Shown here: in pieces, positions 9,915 through 19,569 of the stretch
Position numbering within the stretch: position 1 is the stretch's first letter
How the letters are laid out: the number at the start of each line of letters is the position of its first letter
Position numbers and translations under genes: made by a program
The notes under the pieces: generated by a model
Databases searched by the model: none
Told to the model about the DNA's origin: nothing
The model's input: the letters and a program-made list of their open reading frames with translations, nothing else
From: Candidatus Heimdallarchaeum endolithica
GTDB taxonomy: Archaea; Asgardarchaeota; Heimdallarchaeia; Heimdallarchaeales; Heimdallarchaeaceae
Length of the DNA stretch: 64,000 nucleotides
Direction: 5' to 3'
NCBI GenBank assembly: GCA_021513715.1
Contig: CP084167.1
Coordinates: forward strand, 2,656,001 to 2,720,000

Positions 9915-10595
9915 TTATTGTTTATATTTAGCTAGTTCTTCTTCTAGCTCTTCTATCCTTCTTTGAGCTTCTAATAATCTCTTTTGGAATGTTTCGCCTA
10001 CTTCCTGCTGTGTTTTTTCAAAGTGTGCTTTTGCTTCTTCTAGTTCTTTCCTCATTTTATCTCTTTCTTCTCTAGCTTTCTTTATTTCTTCACTCTCACG
10101 AACTGTTTGAACAGCTTTTTTGAGCAAAGTTTCCAGATCATCTTTTGAAACATCGAAATTTGAAGAGGTGAGCATTTTTAGGGCATTAAACTCATCAGCA
10201 GAGATTGTAGGTCTACTTTTCATTAAGTCCTCTACCTTTTCTTGTAAAGCTTTTTTCTCTATGAGTAAATCAGAAACTTGTGCTTTCAGTTCTCTATTTT
10301 CTTCACTTAATTGAGTAGAATTTTGTGTTTCTATATCGAGTGATCTTCGAAGATGTTCAATTTCATCTGAACCTTCTCCTAATTGTTTAATATATCGTGC
10401 TAACATAACTATATATTCACGTAGAAGGGGGTGAATTATATTCCAATATTGATGAATTTCTCGTTCAATGTCTGTTAGCCTTGGGTCTTTCATATCTGGT
10501 GGAAGTTTTACAAAAACTGGGCTTTCAACATTAACTTGGGGCTGATACTCAGGAATGTAATTGTAGATTGTTTCTCCTTTATATTTTTTAAACAT
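9915..10595 (-). CDS. Coiled-coil protein, upstream operon partner of the Rab-like GTPase
   Basis: 226 aa, two long heptad segments, 10 bp from the GTPase start. Confidence 0.75.
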   Translation of the reverse strand: MFKKYKGETIYNYIPEYQPQVNVESPVFVKLPPDMKDPRLTDIEREIHQYWNIIHPLLREYIVMLARYIKQLGEGSDEIEHLRRSLDIETQNSTQLSEENRELKAQVSDLLIEKKALQEKVEDLMKSRPTISADEFNALKMLTSSNFDVSKDDLETLLKKAVQTVRESEEIKKAREERDKMRKELEEAKAHFEKTQQEVGETFQKRLLEAQRRIEELEEELAKYKQ

Positions 10596-10751
10596 AGTTT
10601 AACCTCACTTTTTTAATCAATTATATGTATCACTTCCATTTAATAAAAGTTTTATGTCAAAGGAAATAATTAATGAACGTTAGATTAAGAATGTTTTTTA
10701 AAGTTAGTTAGTAATTCTAAGTAGGCCTAAATAATTTACAAATCTACGATT

Positions 10752-12188
10752 GTGAAAGAAATGAGCGAAGAAAGTGATCAACAGTTTTTTGAATTAGTGA
10801 AAGAGATAGATGAGATTGTTTTCCGACCTATGAGAGAAAAAATTACATCAATAGAGTATAAACAAGTTTTAATAAAAGAAAAAGATGATGTTAAACCAGT
10901 TAGTACGCTTCTTGATGAGGAAAAAGATGAAATTACAGAGATATCATCTATTATGGATAAAATAGGCATTAATTCAAAAGAAGCTAACATTCTGGAAGAA
11001 GAACAATTGTTGTTAGATGAAGCAGAAGAAAGTACTAAATTCTTGCAATTAAAAGATAATTATCCTGAATATAACATTTATATTAAACAGATTTATTGTT
11101 CAAGTAGTTATCAAGAGGATAAAGTAATTACACTTTTACAAAGAAATTTGAACTCTCTCAAAGATATAAAAATTAAAAAAAGTGAGAACAAACTTTTTCC
11201 ATTTTTATTGCATAATGTTAAGTATGTAGTAGAAGAACCATACTTTATTAATTTTCATGAATATAAAATCCCTATTTATAGAACTTTACAGGAAGAAAAA
11301 TTACGTTTTTATCCAGTAGGAGAGTATCCCTTTAATGAAAAAGACAAAATCTTTGAAAATAAGTGGGTCACATTAATAAGTAGCTTACAGCACGCATTAA
11401 TAAAGTCAATTAATGAGGGAAAGTTAGCAGAAAAGAAAGTGGAAACAATAGATAAAATAGAGATTTCTCATGTTGATTTTAATAAGTTAAAAGAATCAAT
11501 TGATGCTTCTGTAGATAATTTAAAGAAAGTAATATCAAATCTTTCTAAAGAAAATGTTTTGTATAACTTTGAAAGATTTTGGCGTAATGAAAAGCAGTTT
11601 AACCATGCTTTATCTAAATTAAAAAAGCAGTTAAAAGATATTGAACAAGAATTGAAGGAAGAAGATGATAAAATAAAGAAAGAATATCTAGAATTAAAAA
11701 CAAAACAAGTACAGTTGAATAAAGAAACAAAAATGTATAAACAACTTGAAAATCAGGGAATAAAAATAGAGCGAGAAAAAAAGGAAAAAGTAGCAAAATT
11801 ATTATCAGAGTTTCAAAGAAAGAAAGAATTGGTTCAACAAAAACTCTCTGAATTTAAGAAAAAAAAGCATGTGTTAGAGCAGTTAATTGAGCTCATTGAT
11901 AATAATGAGAATATTGAGGAATTTGAAAAAAACTTTAGGGAACTTTTTAAAAAAGACATTGATAATGCTTTAGAATCAATCAAAAAAGCTATGGCTGAAA
12001 AAGAATCTAATGCTATTAATTTTGAAAAAAATGAAGAAATTGATAAAAGTATTAGGTTACATGTTGTTTGGGTTCCAATATACTTAATTTACTTTAAAGC
12101 ATTCCAAGAAGGAAAAAAAATCGATGGTAAAGCATTTTATTCTGATTTTGAAAATAAAGTCTTTATTATTACTCCTGCAACAAGTTAA
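10752..12188 (+). CDS. Long coiled-coil hypothetical protein
   Basis: 478 aa, E/K-rich central coiled coil with globular ends. Confidence 0.7.
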   Translation: MKEMSEESDQQFFELVKEIDEIVFRPMREKITSIEYKQVLIKEKDDVKPVSTLLDEEKDEITEISSIMDKIGINSKEANILEEEQLLLDEAEESTKFLQLKDNYPEYNIYIKQIYCSSSYQEDKVITLLQRNLNSLKDIKIKKSENKLFPFLLHNVKYVVEEPYFINFHEYKIPIYRTLQEEKLRFYPVGEYPFNEKDKIFENKWVTLISSLQHALIKSINEGKLAEKKVETIDKIEISHVDFNKLKESIDASVDNLKKVISNLSKENVLYNFERFWRNEKQFNHALSKLKKQLKDIEQELKEEDDKIKKEYLELKTKQVQLNKETKMYKQLENQGIKIEREKKEKVAKLLSEFQRKKELVQQKLSEFKKKKHVLEQLIELIDNNENIEEFEKNFRELFKKDIDNALESIKKAMAEKESNAINFEKNEEIDKSIRLHVVWVPIYLIYFKAFQEGKKIDGKAFYSDFENKVFIITPATS

Positions 12189-12412
12189 ATATCAATGTTT
12201 AGTTATCATTTTCTCTTTTTATACTCAAAAAAGTTAGAAGGAAAAAGGAAAATAATGGCTAATTTCACATTTAATTAAGCATTCTTCCGTCCTATTAAAA
12301 TAATAACAAACTCTTGTGTAAATTAACTATGTATATATATAATTCGACGTTTATATTTGAATCTAAAAGTTTAAGAGTTTCTACACTAAATATTTTCGTA
12401 GACAAAGTGAAA

Positions 12413-13015
12413 ATGATGAAAACGCTTTTCGATAAATCAAAGTTCGATATGAAGATTGAAGAAATTATGACAAAGGGGGTTATTTCTGTAGCCCCTAAAG
12501 CAACTGCAGAAATATGTGCTAAACTAATGATTGATAATAAAATTGGTTCTGTGGTAGTAATTGATAGTAGTAAAAAAATTCTAGGAATCATTACCAAAGA
12601 GAATCTAATTAAACATGTCATTGCGCAAAATGCGAGTCCAGAGGCAGTAAAAGCTTTTGAGATAATGTCTGCTCCTGTAATTACAGTTAGAGAAACTATA
12701 ACTATTTCAGAAGCTATGCATAAGATGTTTAAAGAAAACATCAGACACTTAGTAATAACTGATTCACAAGGTTTTGTAATAGGAATATGTACAGATACAG
12801 ATCTGTTTAAAGTAGTTCCTACTTTGATTCTAATAGAAAAAGAATATATTCAGATGTTGAAAAATGAAGAAGAAGATGAGAAAAATGAAGAACTGGTATC
12901 TGGATACTGCGATGACTGTGGTGAATATTCTGATTCATTAAAGGAACTTGATGGCCAATTTAAGTGTCCAAGATGTGTTCCAGAGGATTTAAATATTATA
13001 CCTCCTGAAATATAG
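12413..13015 (+). CDS. CBS-pair protein with C-terminal zinc ribbon
   Basis: Two CBS repeats (IMTK..KIGSVVV..GIIT; IMS..IRHLVI) plus GYCDDCG..CPRC. Start placed at ATG 12413. Confidence 0.85.
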   Translation: MMKTLFDKSKFDMKIEEIMTKGVISVAPKATAEICAKLMIDNKIGSVVVIDSSKKILGIITKENLIKHVIAQNASPEAVKAFEIMSAPVITVRETITISEAMHKMFKENIRHLVITDSQGFVIGICTDTDLFKVVPTLILIEKEYIQMLKNEEEDEKNEELVSGYCDDCGEYSDSLKELDGQFKCPRCVPEDLNIIPPEI

Positions 13016-13032
13016 CTAAAAATGAACTCATA

Positions 13033-13524
13033 ATGAGTAAAATGAAATTCTATGTCGATGCAATGTTTGGAAACCTTTCCAGATTTTTAAGGGTTTTAGG
13101 TTATGATTGTTTACTACGTCCTAATACTCAAAATACAAGCGATTTTTTCTACAAAGCAAAAGAAGAAAATAGGATAATTATTACTCGCTCTAGGGTTCTT
13201 TATTATCAGGCTTGTAAGAGAGAAATTAGTTCTATTTTCATAAATAAAGAAGGAATTGTCAATATCTTATGTGATCTTAGAAGAAAGATAAAAATTAAAC
13301 TTATATGCGATCCTAATAATTCTCGTTGTTCAGAGTGCAATGGTTTATTAGTTAAAATTGAAAAAAAACTTATACGAAACGAAGTTAATAATGGAACATT
13401 TGAACATTTTGAAGAATTCTGGAAATGTAAAAGTTGTGGGAAAATTTATTGGGAAGGATCTCATTGGATTGATATAAGAAGAAAAGTAAAAGAAGTAGAA
13501 GAGTGTGTGAAAAATGAAAATTGA
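13033..13524 (+). CDS. Mut7-C RNase domain protein (DUF82)
   Basis: FYVDAMFGNLSRFLRVLGYD, RIIITR, RCSECNG, CKSCGKIYWEGSH. Confidence 0.9.
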   Translation: MSKMKFYVDAMFGNLSRFLRVLGYDCLLRPNTQNTSDFFYKAKEENRIIITRSRVLYYQACKREISSIFINKEGIVNILCDLRRKIKIKLICDPNNSRCSECNGLLVKIEKKLIRNEVNNGTFEHFEEFWKCKSCGKIYWEGSHWIDIRRKVKEVEECVKNEN

Positions 13525-14128
13525 ATTTAAGACAGGAGAATACCTTGTAAAACTTGCTAGAAAAGCAGGAGAAAGCTGGGTGAAATATAACAAAGCCATT
13601 GACCCTATTGACCCTATTCCAGAGCAAGCAAAAATGAAAACTGGAGCTTTTGTAACAGTGAAAAAACATAAATTCACTTTAGAAAGTTTAAGAGGCTGTA
13701 TCGGTTACGTGGAAGGTATTGCTCCATTGTATGAAGAAGTGATACTGCTTGCAAAATCTGCAACTCAAGAAGACCCTCGATTCCCTCCAGTAAAACCTGA
13801 TGAATTGTCAAATTTACTTTTTGAAGTAACTATAATGACTGTACCAGAAATAATTTATTATAATACAATTGAAGAATTAGTAAGCCAGATAAAGATAGGC
13901 AGGGATGGATTAATAGTAGAAAAAGGTTTTAACAGAGGGTTACTTTTACCTCAAGTTCCAGTAGAGCAAAATTGGACTATTGAGGAATTCCTGTCTTATA
14001 CATGTAGAAAAGCTTATCTTCCGGTTGATACTTGGAAAAAAACAAATCTAACAATTAAAAAATTTCAAGGGATTATCTTTAAAGAAAAAGTTCCTGGCGG
14101 AGAAGTTGAACAAGAAGTTATTCAATAG
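13514..14128 (+). CDS. AMMECR1-domain protein
   Basis: GAFVT, LRGCIG, DPRF, GRDGLI, GLLLPQV motifs. Confidence 0.92.
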   Translation: MKIEFKTGEYLVKLARKAGESWVKYNKAIDPIDPIPEQAKMKTGAFVTVKKHKFTLESLRGCIGYVEGIAPLYEEVILLAKSATQEDPRFPPVKPDELSNLLFEVTIMTVPEIIYYNTIEELVSQIKIGRDGLIVEKGFNRGLLLPQVPVEQNWTIEEFLSYTCRKAYLPVDTWKKTNLTIKKFQGIIFKEKVPGGEVEQEVIQ

Positions 14129-15053
14129 TTTTAAGAATTTTATTAACATTTTCGAAATCTGGTTTTTCAGCTAGATCAGGGACAAAAATGGGGATAGTTA
14201 CAGGAAATCTTTTTTCTATTCGATAAAATAGGTCTCTTGACATTACTATAGCCTGTGAGTTAGTAAGTAAATAGTAAGAATGTATTTCTTCTATCAAATT
14301 CTTTTGATTTTCAAGGACTATTAAGTGTTGTTCCTTCAACATTTTAGGTTGGAGGTTCAATATTAGCTCAATAAAGTTAAGATATGTTTTATCAAAATTT
14401 TTGAGAGGTTTGAGTGAACACACAACTGTATTTGTTCCTCGTTGATACATCTTTATGGTATTTGTTAGATCTTCCTTTTTTCCTTCAACTAGAACTAACA
14501 CTTTTCCTTGACAACCTACAGGTAATCCTCCTAGGCCTTCTTCTTTTCTATGATATAAATATGCATCTTTCTCTCTAACCTCGATGAATAGTGTGTATTC
14601 TGGTGAAGTTAAATCTACTTTTAGTTTATTATTAGAACATTTTTCTAATATAAATGACCCAATTTCAGCAGCAAGTTCCATACTATTGAAAGAATGAGTC
14701 CCTACTCTTTTTACTCTAACAGCAAAAGAAGAGTTAGATTGAATTGCATTAAGAAATTGTTTTTCGATAGTAGTTTTGATTTCTTTTAATTTTGAAGGGC
14801 ATTTTGTTGTTTTACTTGTGCTTTTAACCCCTGGAACAAAAGAAGTAACAATTTTTTCAGCTTTTTCTAGTTCATTTGTTAATATGTAAATTCTACTATA
14901 TTGATTTAAAACACTGAAATCTTGAATATTAAAATAATTTAAACAATATTTGATATGATTTACTAAGATAGAAGTAAACCAATGTCTAGTTTTTTTGCTT
15001 TTAATTCCAATTTCTGAAAAACGTACTAGAAGCAAATGCTGATTATTTTTCAT
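14118..15053 (-). CDS. ThiI-like NFLD+THUMP protein with degenerate adenylation domain
   Basis: LLVRFSEIGIKS, THUMP (FAVRVKRVG..VDLTSP..IEVR), GLGGLPVG; PP-loop SGGxDS replaced by VEGKKED. Confidence 0.75.
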   Translation of the reverse strand: MKNNQHLLLVRFSEIGIKSKKTRHWFTSILVNHIKYCLNYFNIQDFSVLNQYSRIYILTNELEKAEKIVTSFVPGVKSTSKTTKCPSKLKEIKTTIEKQFLNAIQSNSSFAVRVKRVGTHSFNSMELAAEIGSFILEKCSNNKLKVDLTSPEYTLFIEVREKDAYLYHRKEEGLGGLPVGCQGKVLVLVEGKKEDLTNTIKMYQRGTNTVVCSLKPLKNFDKTYLNFIELILNLQPKMLKEQHLIVLENQKNLIEEIHSYYLLTNSQAIVMSRDLFYRIEKRFPVTIPIFVPDLAEKPDFENVNKILKTIE

Positions 15054-15101
15054 TAGTTTTACCTATGATGGAAGGAAAAATAAAGATTATAAGAATAACT
15101 A

Positions 15102-15359
15102 TTATTCATTAAAGAAATCTATTCCTTCGATGAATCTTTCTCTCCTCTCTTCCTTCTCGGCTTCACTAACTTCTATTTCTTCTTCCTCTATTATAATATC
15201 TCCTAGTTCACTAGATTTATGTTCAACTTCTTCTTGTATTTCATATTTTGAAGTATCATCGATGTCTTTTTCAAATTTGCATTTAGGGCAAATAAGAATG
15301 CGTTTTTTACCTTTTTTTGCTGGGATTAGCATTTTTCCGCAATTTTTACAGAATTCCAC
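15102..15359 (-). CDS. TFS/RpoM-like protein with only the N-terminal zinc ribbon and an acidic tail
   Basis: MEFCKNCGKMLIP...CPKC; no C-terminal QxRxxDE zinc ribbon. Confidence 0.7.
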   Translation of the reverse strand: MEFCKNCGKMLIPAKKGKKRILICPKCKFEKDIDDTSKYEIQEEVEHKSSELGDIIIEEEEIEVSEAEKEERRERFIEGIDFFNE

Positions 15360-15539
15360 GTCTCACTCACTTTTTTATCTTGTGATTTTTGGTATGTCGC
15401 TTTTCACTTTTTAACTTTTCTCTTCAAAACTTTTTTACTGATCATCTATGTTTTTTTGTAATTTTTTTTATATTCCGTGAAATAACTTTTCTAACAACTT
15501 AGAAGAGATAAACTTTTGAATTGTTTTTTTTTAAGTCAT

Positions 15540-16604
15540 ATGAAAAGAATGCACAATAAAACTTCTCCTAGAAAAGATGAGCATTTGAAAATATGCAATG
15601 AACTAGATGTAAATTATGATTTGATCTCTCCTGGTTTTGAGAAAATAAGTATCACAGAAGAACTTTCTAATTTCTCAGATGTTACACCAGACATAGTTAA
15701 TCTCGAAACTTCATTATTTGGAAAAAAAATAGACTTTCCTCTAATTATTTCTGGAATAACAGGAGGATCAGAGGAAGGGAAAAAAATTAACAAATCTATA
15801 GCTAAAGTTTGTGATAAATTTAATATAGCGATGGGGGTTGGTAGTCAGAGAGCTGCTATCGAAGAACCACAACTAGCTTCTACTTATCAAGTAAGGGAGT
15901 ATGCTCCAAATATCCCTTTGATTGGAAACCTAGGTGTAGCTCAACTTTTAGATAAAACAAATGGAGAAAAAGTTAAACTTGCTGTAGAAATGATCGACGC
16001 AGATGCTCTTGCTTTACATATAAACCCTCTACAAGAATATGTACAATATGAAGGCGACAAACAGCTAAGTAACATAATTTCACCTTTAGAAAGTATAATA
16101 CAGGAAAGCAATTATCCAATAATAATAAAAGGTGTTGGTTTTGGTTTTAGTTTAAATGATATGAAAATAATAGGTAAACTAGGTGCCAAATATGTAGACA
16201 TTGCTGGAGCAGGTGGTACGAATTGGACAAAAATCGAACTTTATAGACATAAAAAAGAATTTAGTTTTTCTAATGAGTTTGTAAATCTTGGTATTTCAAC
16301 AGTAGAATCACTGAAAAATGCTGTTTTTGTACAACAATCTTTTCCCTATAAAATTATTGCATCAGGTGGTATATGGTCTGGCATAAACGCTGTAAAAGCC
16401 TTGCTTTTAGGTGCTGATTATGTAGGTTTTGCTCTACCTATTGTAAAAGCGTACTATAATAAGGGAGAAGAAGGAATAGAATCCTTTCTTTCAGTTTTTC
16501 TAATAGAAATGAAAATAGTTTTAGCTATGATGGGTATTAAGAATATAAAACAACTAAATGAAAGGAAAAAGAAGTCTTGTTTTCATAATAAAAAAAGGCT
16601 TTAA
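15540..16604 (+). CDS. fni: Type 2 isopentenyl-diphosphate delta-isomerase
   Basis: RKDEH, ITGG, GVGSQR, HINPLQE, AGAGGTNW, SGGI. Confidence 0.93.
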   Translation: MKRMHNKTSPRKDEHLKICNELDVNYDLISPGFEKISITEELSNFSDVTPDIVNLETSLFGKKIDFPLIISGITGGSEEGKKINKSIAKVCDKFNIAMGVGSQRAAIEEPQLASTYQVREYAPNIPLIGNLGVAQLLDKTNGEKVKLAVEMIDADALALHINPLQEYVQYEGDKQLSNIISPLESIIQESNYPIIIKGVGFGFSLNDMKIIGKLGAKYVDIAGAGGTNWTKIELYRHKKEFSFSNEFVNLGISTVESLKNAVFVQQSFPYKIIASGGIWSGINAVKALLLGADYVGFALPIVKAYYNKGEEGIESFLSVFLIEMKIVLAMMGIKNIKQLNERKKKSCFHNKKRL

Positions 16605-16609
16605 AGTTA

Positions 16610-16676
16610 GGAATCAGCCTAACTATGATTCGTCATTGTCTTTTTTAGACTCAGCAATGCCTTGCTCATCATTAAT
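16610..16676 (-). ncRNA. Box C/D guide sRNA (dual guide)
   Basis: Minus strand reads AUGAUGA-gcaaggcauug-CUGA-gucuaaaaaagaca-AUGACGA-aucauaguuagg-CUGA: boxes C, D', C', D with 11-12 nt guides. Confidence 0.88.
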
Positions 16677-16730
16677 GTTAAATAATTTTTAGACTATTTC
16701 TTTTTTCCTATTTCGTCTTATTTTTAAAAA

Positions 16731-17663
16731 TTAGAATAGGTTAGTACTGAACATTAGTGGAGGAATAATGATTAGAACGTTGATGGCTAACAATGCTGCA
16801 TAAGCAAATTTATTCCAATTAAGAATTTTTTTTCCGTCCAACTGCCATAAAGGAATGCAATTAAAAAGCGCAATAAGACCGTTGAATAAGGTTATTTGAA
16901 GAAATATATTTTCAAATATTGGTGATAAAGTAAGAGGAAGAATTGCAAACTTGATAAGTAAGCCAATAATTAAACTAACTCCTCCAATAATTGCGTTTGT
17001 GGCTGGTCCAGCTAAAGCTACAAGTCCTCCTTCTTTTTTGGTCATTTTTCGTCTAGGGTCTAAAGGAACAATGGCTACAAATCCAGGGACAATTAAACCT
17101 ATTTGGAAAATTAATGTGAATAAAGTGAATAAAATCCCTTTTGTCCATAAAACATATCTAGCAAATTGCCCTTTTTTAATTGCTACAAATTTATGAGCCA
17201 GTTCATGAGGAAGGAAAGCTGTGCCAATGAGAATACCTGAAATAAGAAATCCCCAATAATTTCTCTCGAAAATAAATTCTGATAGTCCAAATACAAGAAT
17301 AATTAATCCAAAACCGAAAATTAAGTCTAAAACTTCTGAACCTAAAGAAAAAATATCAGGAGAAGCTAATAATCTTTTGTTTATTAATTCTTTTTTTGAT
17401 TTTTCATCTAAACGCGATAATTGATCATAATATGCTTGTTGAGCTTGTTTTTGTACATATTCTGCAGCTTTTTGGATTCCAGTAATTATAGAAGAAGTTG
17501 CTTGAGCTACTGTCTCTACTTGATCTGGAAAAGATTGGCTGAAAAAGACTGGACATTGATGATTTTGGGGATCACGATGTTCTTCACAGAAAGAGTGATG
17601 ACAATATCTACAATAGAAGAGAATATCTTCATCTCTATTACAGTTTGGGTATTCGCATTTCAT
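16731..17663 (-). CDS. AN1 zinc finger fused to site-2 (M50) intramembrane metalloprotease
   Basis: CEYPNC..CRYC..FCEEH..HQC; HELAH; ALAGP; NCIPLWQLDG. Confidence 0.88.
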   Translation of the reverse strand: MKCEYPNCNRDEDILFYCRYCHHSFCEEHRDPQNHQCPVFFSQSFPDQVETVAQATSSIITGIQKAAEYVQKQAQQAYYDQLSRLDEKSKKELINKRLLASPDIFSLGSEVLDLIFGFGLIILVFGLSEFIFERNYWGFLISGILIGTAFLPHELAHKFVAIKKGQFARYVLWTKGILFTLFTLIFQIGLIVPGFVAIVPLDPRRKMTKKEGGLVALAGPATNAIIGGVSLIIGLLIKFAILPLTLSPIFENIFLQITLFNGLIALFNCIPLWQLDGKKILNWNKFAYAALLAINVLIIIPPLMFSTNLF

Positions 17664-17839
17664 TAGTTATACTCAATTTAACATAGGTATTTTAGAACCT
17701 ATTCATTTAACAGAAAATTTTAGTGCTTAATGTCTCGAACTTTAGAATGAAAGATTAATTTTGAAAAAATATTACATTTTTATTCCAATAAAACTTTTAA
17801 GTTAGAATCATCTAACATTTTTTAACAACTCAATTAGGT

Positions 17840-19534
17840 GTGAAAATGAAACCCGATATTGAAATCTCACAAGAAAAAGCAAAAGACATGAAAGATATTA
17901 GAGAAATAGTAAAAAAAGTAGGATTAACTGAAGATGATCTTCAGCTTTATGGTAAATATATAGCTAAATTAAACCAAGATACAATTGCACGTGTTCTTAA
18001 CTCTGACAAAGAAGAAGGAAAATTAATTTTCGTTACAGCTATGACTGCTTCAAAAGCAGGTGAAGGAAAAACTGTAACCAGTATAGGTTTGTCTCAAGCA
18101 TTCGCTAAACTAGGAAAAAGCGTAATGTTTGCTATCAGAGAACCATCTATGGGACCAACTTTTGGAATAAAAGGAGGAGCTACTGGGGGAGGATATTCAC
18201 AGGTCTATCCAATGGTTGACATTGATTTACACTTTACTGGTGATCTCCATGCTATTACATCAGCTCATAATCTGCTCGCTGCACTGATTGATAATCACAT
18301 TACAAAAGGTAATAAACTGAATATCGATCCAACAAAAGTTACTTGGCCAAGAGCTTTGGATGTAAATGATAGAGCATTAAGGAATATTATTACTGGATTA
18401 GGCGGAAGAAGATTAGGAGGAGACATTCGTAATACTGGTTTTGTAATTACAGCAGCTAGCGAAATAATGGCAATTTTAGCACTTTCAATGGATATGAAAG
18501 AATTAAAAGAACGATTAGGTAATATCCTAATAGGTTATACATATGATGACAAACCTGTATATGCAAAAGATCTAAATGCTGTTGGCGCAATGGCTTTAAT
18601 ATTAAAAGATGCAATTAAACCCAATATTGTCCAGAATTTTGAGGGTGTTCCTGGTTTCATTCACTGTGGGCCATTTGCAAATATTGCACATGGAAATAGT
18701 TCAATACTTGCTACTAAGTTAGCACTTAAACTCGCTGATTATGTTATCACTGAAGGAGGTTTTGCTGCTGATTTAGGTTTTGAAAAATTCTGTGATATAG
18801 TTGCTAGGAAATATAATACAATTCCTTCTGCAGTAGTACTTGTAGCTTCAATTAGAGCATTGCACATCCACGGTGGAGCTCCATTTGAAAAAGGATTTGA
18901 AAAGAACATAGATGCTTTAGCTAAAGGAGCAGAAAATCTAGCTAAGCACATAGACAACATGAAGACTAAGTTCAAAGTTCCTCCTGTGGTTGCAATTAAT
19001 CGATTCCCACAAGATGATGATGAGGAAATAGAATGGTTACGAAATTGGTGTATCGAACAAGGAGCAGAATTCGCAGTCTCTGAAGTATTCTCAAAAGGAG
19101 GAGAAGGTGGAATTGATCTCGCTAAAGCAGTACTTGCAGCAATTGAAAAAGGAGAAAAACAATTGAACTATATTTATGAATTAGATGACCCTGTGAAAGT
19201 AAAAATAGAAAAACTTGCAAAACAAGTTTATGGTGCAGATGGAGTAGAATATTCGCCAAAAGCTCTAGATGATATAAAACTCATAGAAAAACTAGGCTAT
19301 GCTAATTTCCCGATTTGTATGGCAAAAACACAATTGAGTATTACTGATAAAGTTGGGCTTTTAGGTGCACCTACAGGTTGGAAATTAAATGTAGATGAAG
19401 TTAGATTGTACACAGGTGCCCAATTCATTGTTCCTGTTGCAGGAAGAATGTTCTTGATGCCTGGATTACCTCCAGTACCAGCTGCAGAGCGTATGGATAT
19501 TGATGAAAACGGTTATGTAGTTGGATTAGAGTAG
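17840..19534 (+). CDS. fhs: Formate--tetrahydrofolate ligase
   Basis: GEGKT, GIKGGATGGGYSQV, HFTGD, GPFANIAHG, CMAKTQ, MPGLP. Confidence 0.96.
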   Translation: MKMKPDIEISQEKAKDMKDIREIVKKVGLTEDDLQLYGKYIAKLNQDTIARVLNSDKEEGKLIFVTAMTASKAGEGKTVTSIGLSQAFAKLGKSVMFAIREPSMGPTFGIKGGATGGGYSQVYPMVDIDLHFTGDLHAITSAHNLLAALIDNHITKGNKLNIDPTKVTWPRALDVNDRALRNIITGLGGRRLGGDIRNTGFVITAASEIMAILALSMDMKELKERLGNILIGYTYDDKPVYAKDLNAVGAMALILKDAIKPNIVQNFEGVPGFIHCGPFANIAHGNSSILATKLALKLADYVITEGGFAADLGFEKFCDIVARKYNTIPSAVVLVASIRALHIHGGAPFEKGFEKNIDALAKGAENLAKHIDNMKTKFKVPPVVAINRFPQDDDEEIEWLRNWCIEQGAEFAVSEVFSKGGEGGIDLAKAVLAAIEKGEKQLNYIYELDDPVKVKIEKLAKQVYGADGVEYSPKALDDIKLIEKLGYANFPICMAKTQLSITDKVGLLGAPTGWKLNVDEVRLYTGAQFIVPVAGRMFLMPGLPPVPAAERMDIDENGYVVGLE

Positions 19535-19569
19535 TTTTGATATTTTTTATTTCTTTCTTTTATTAAAAG

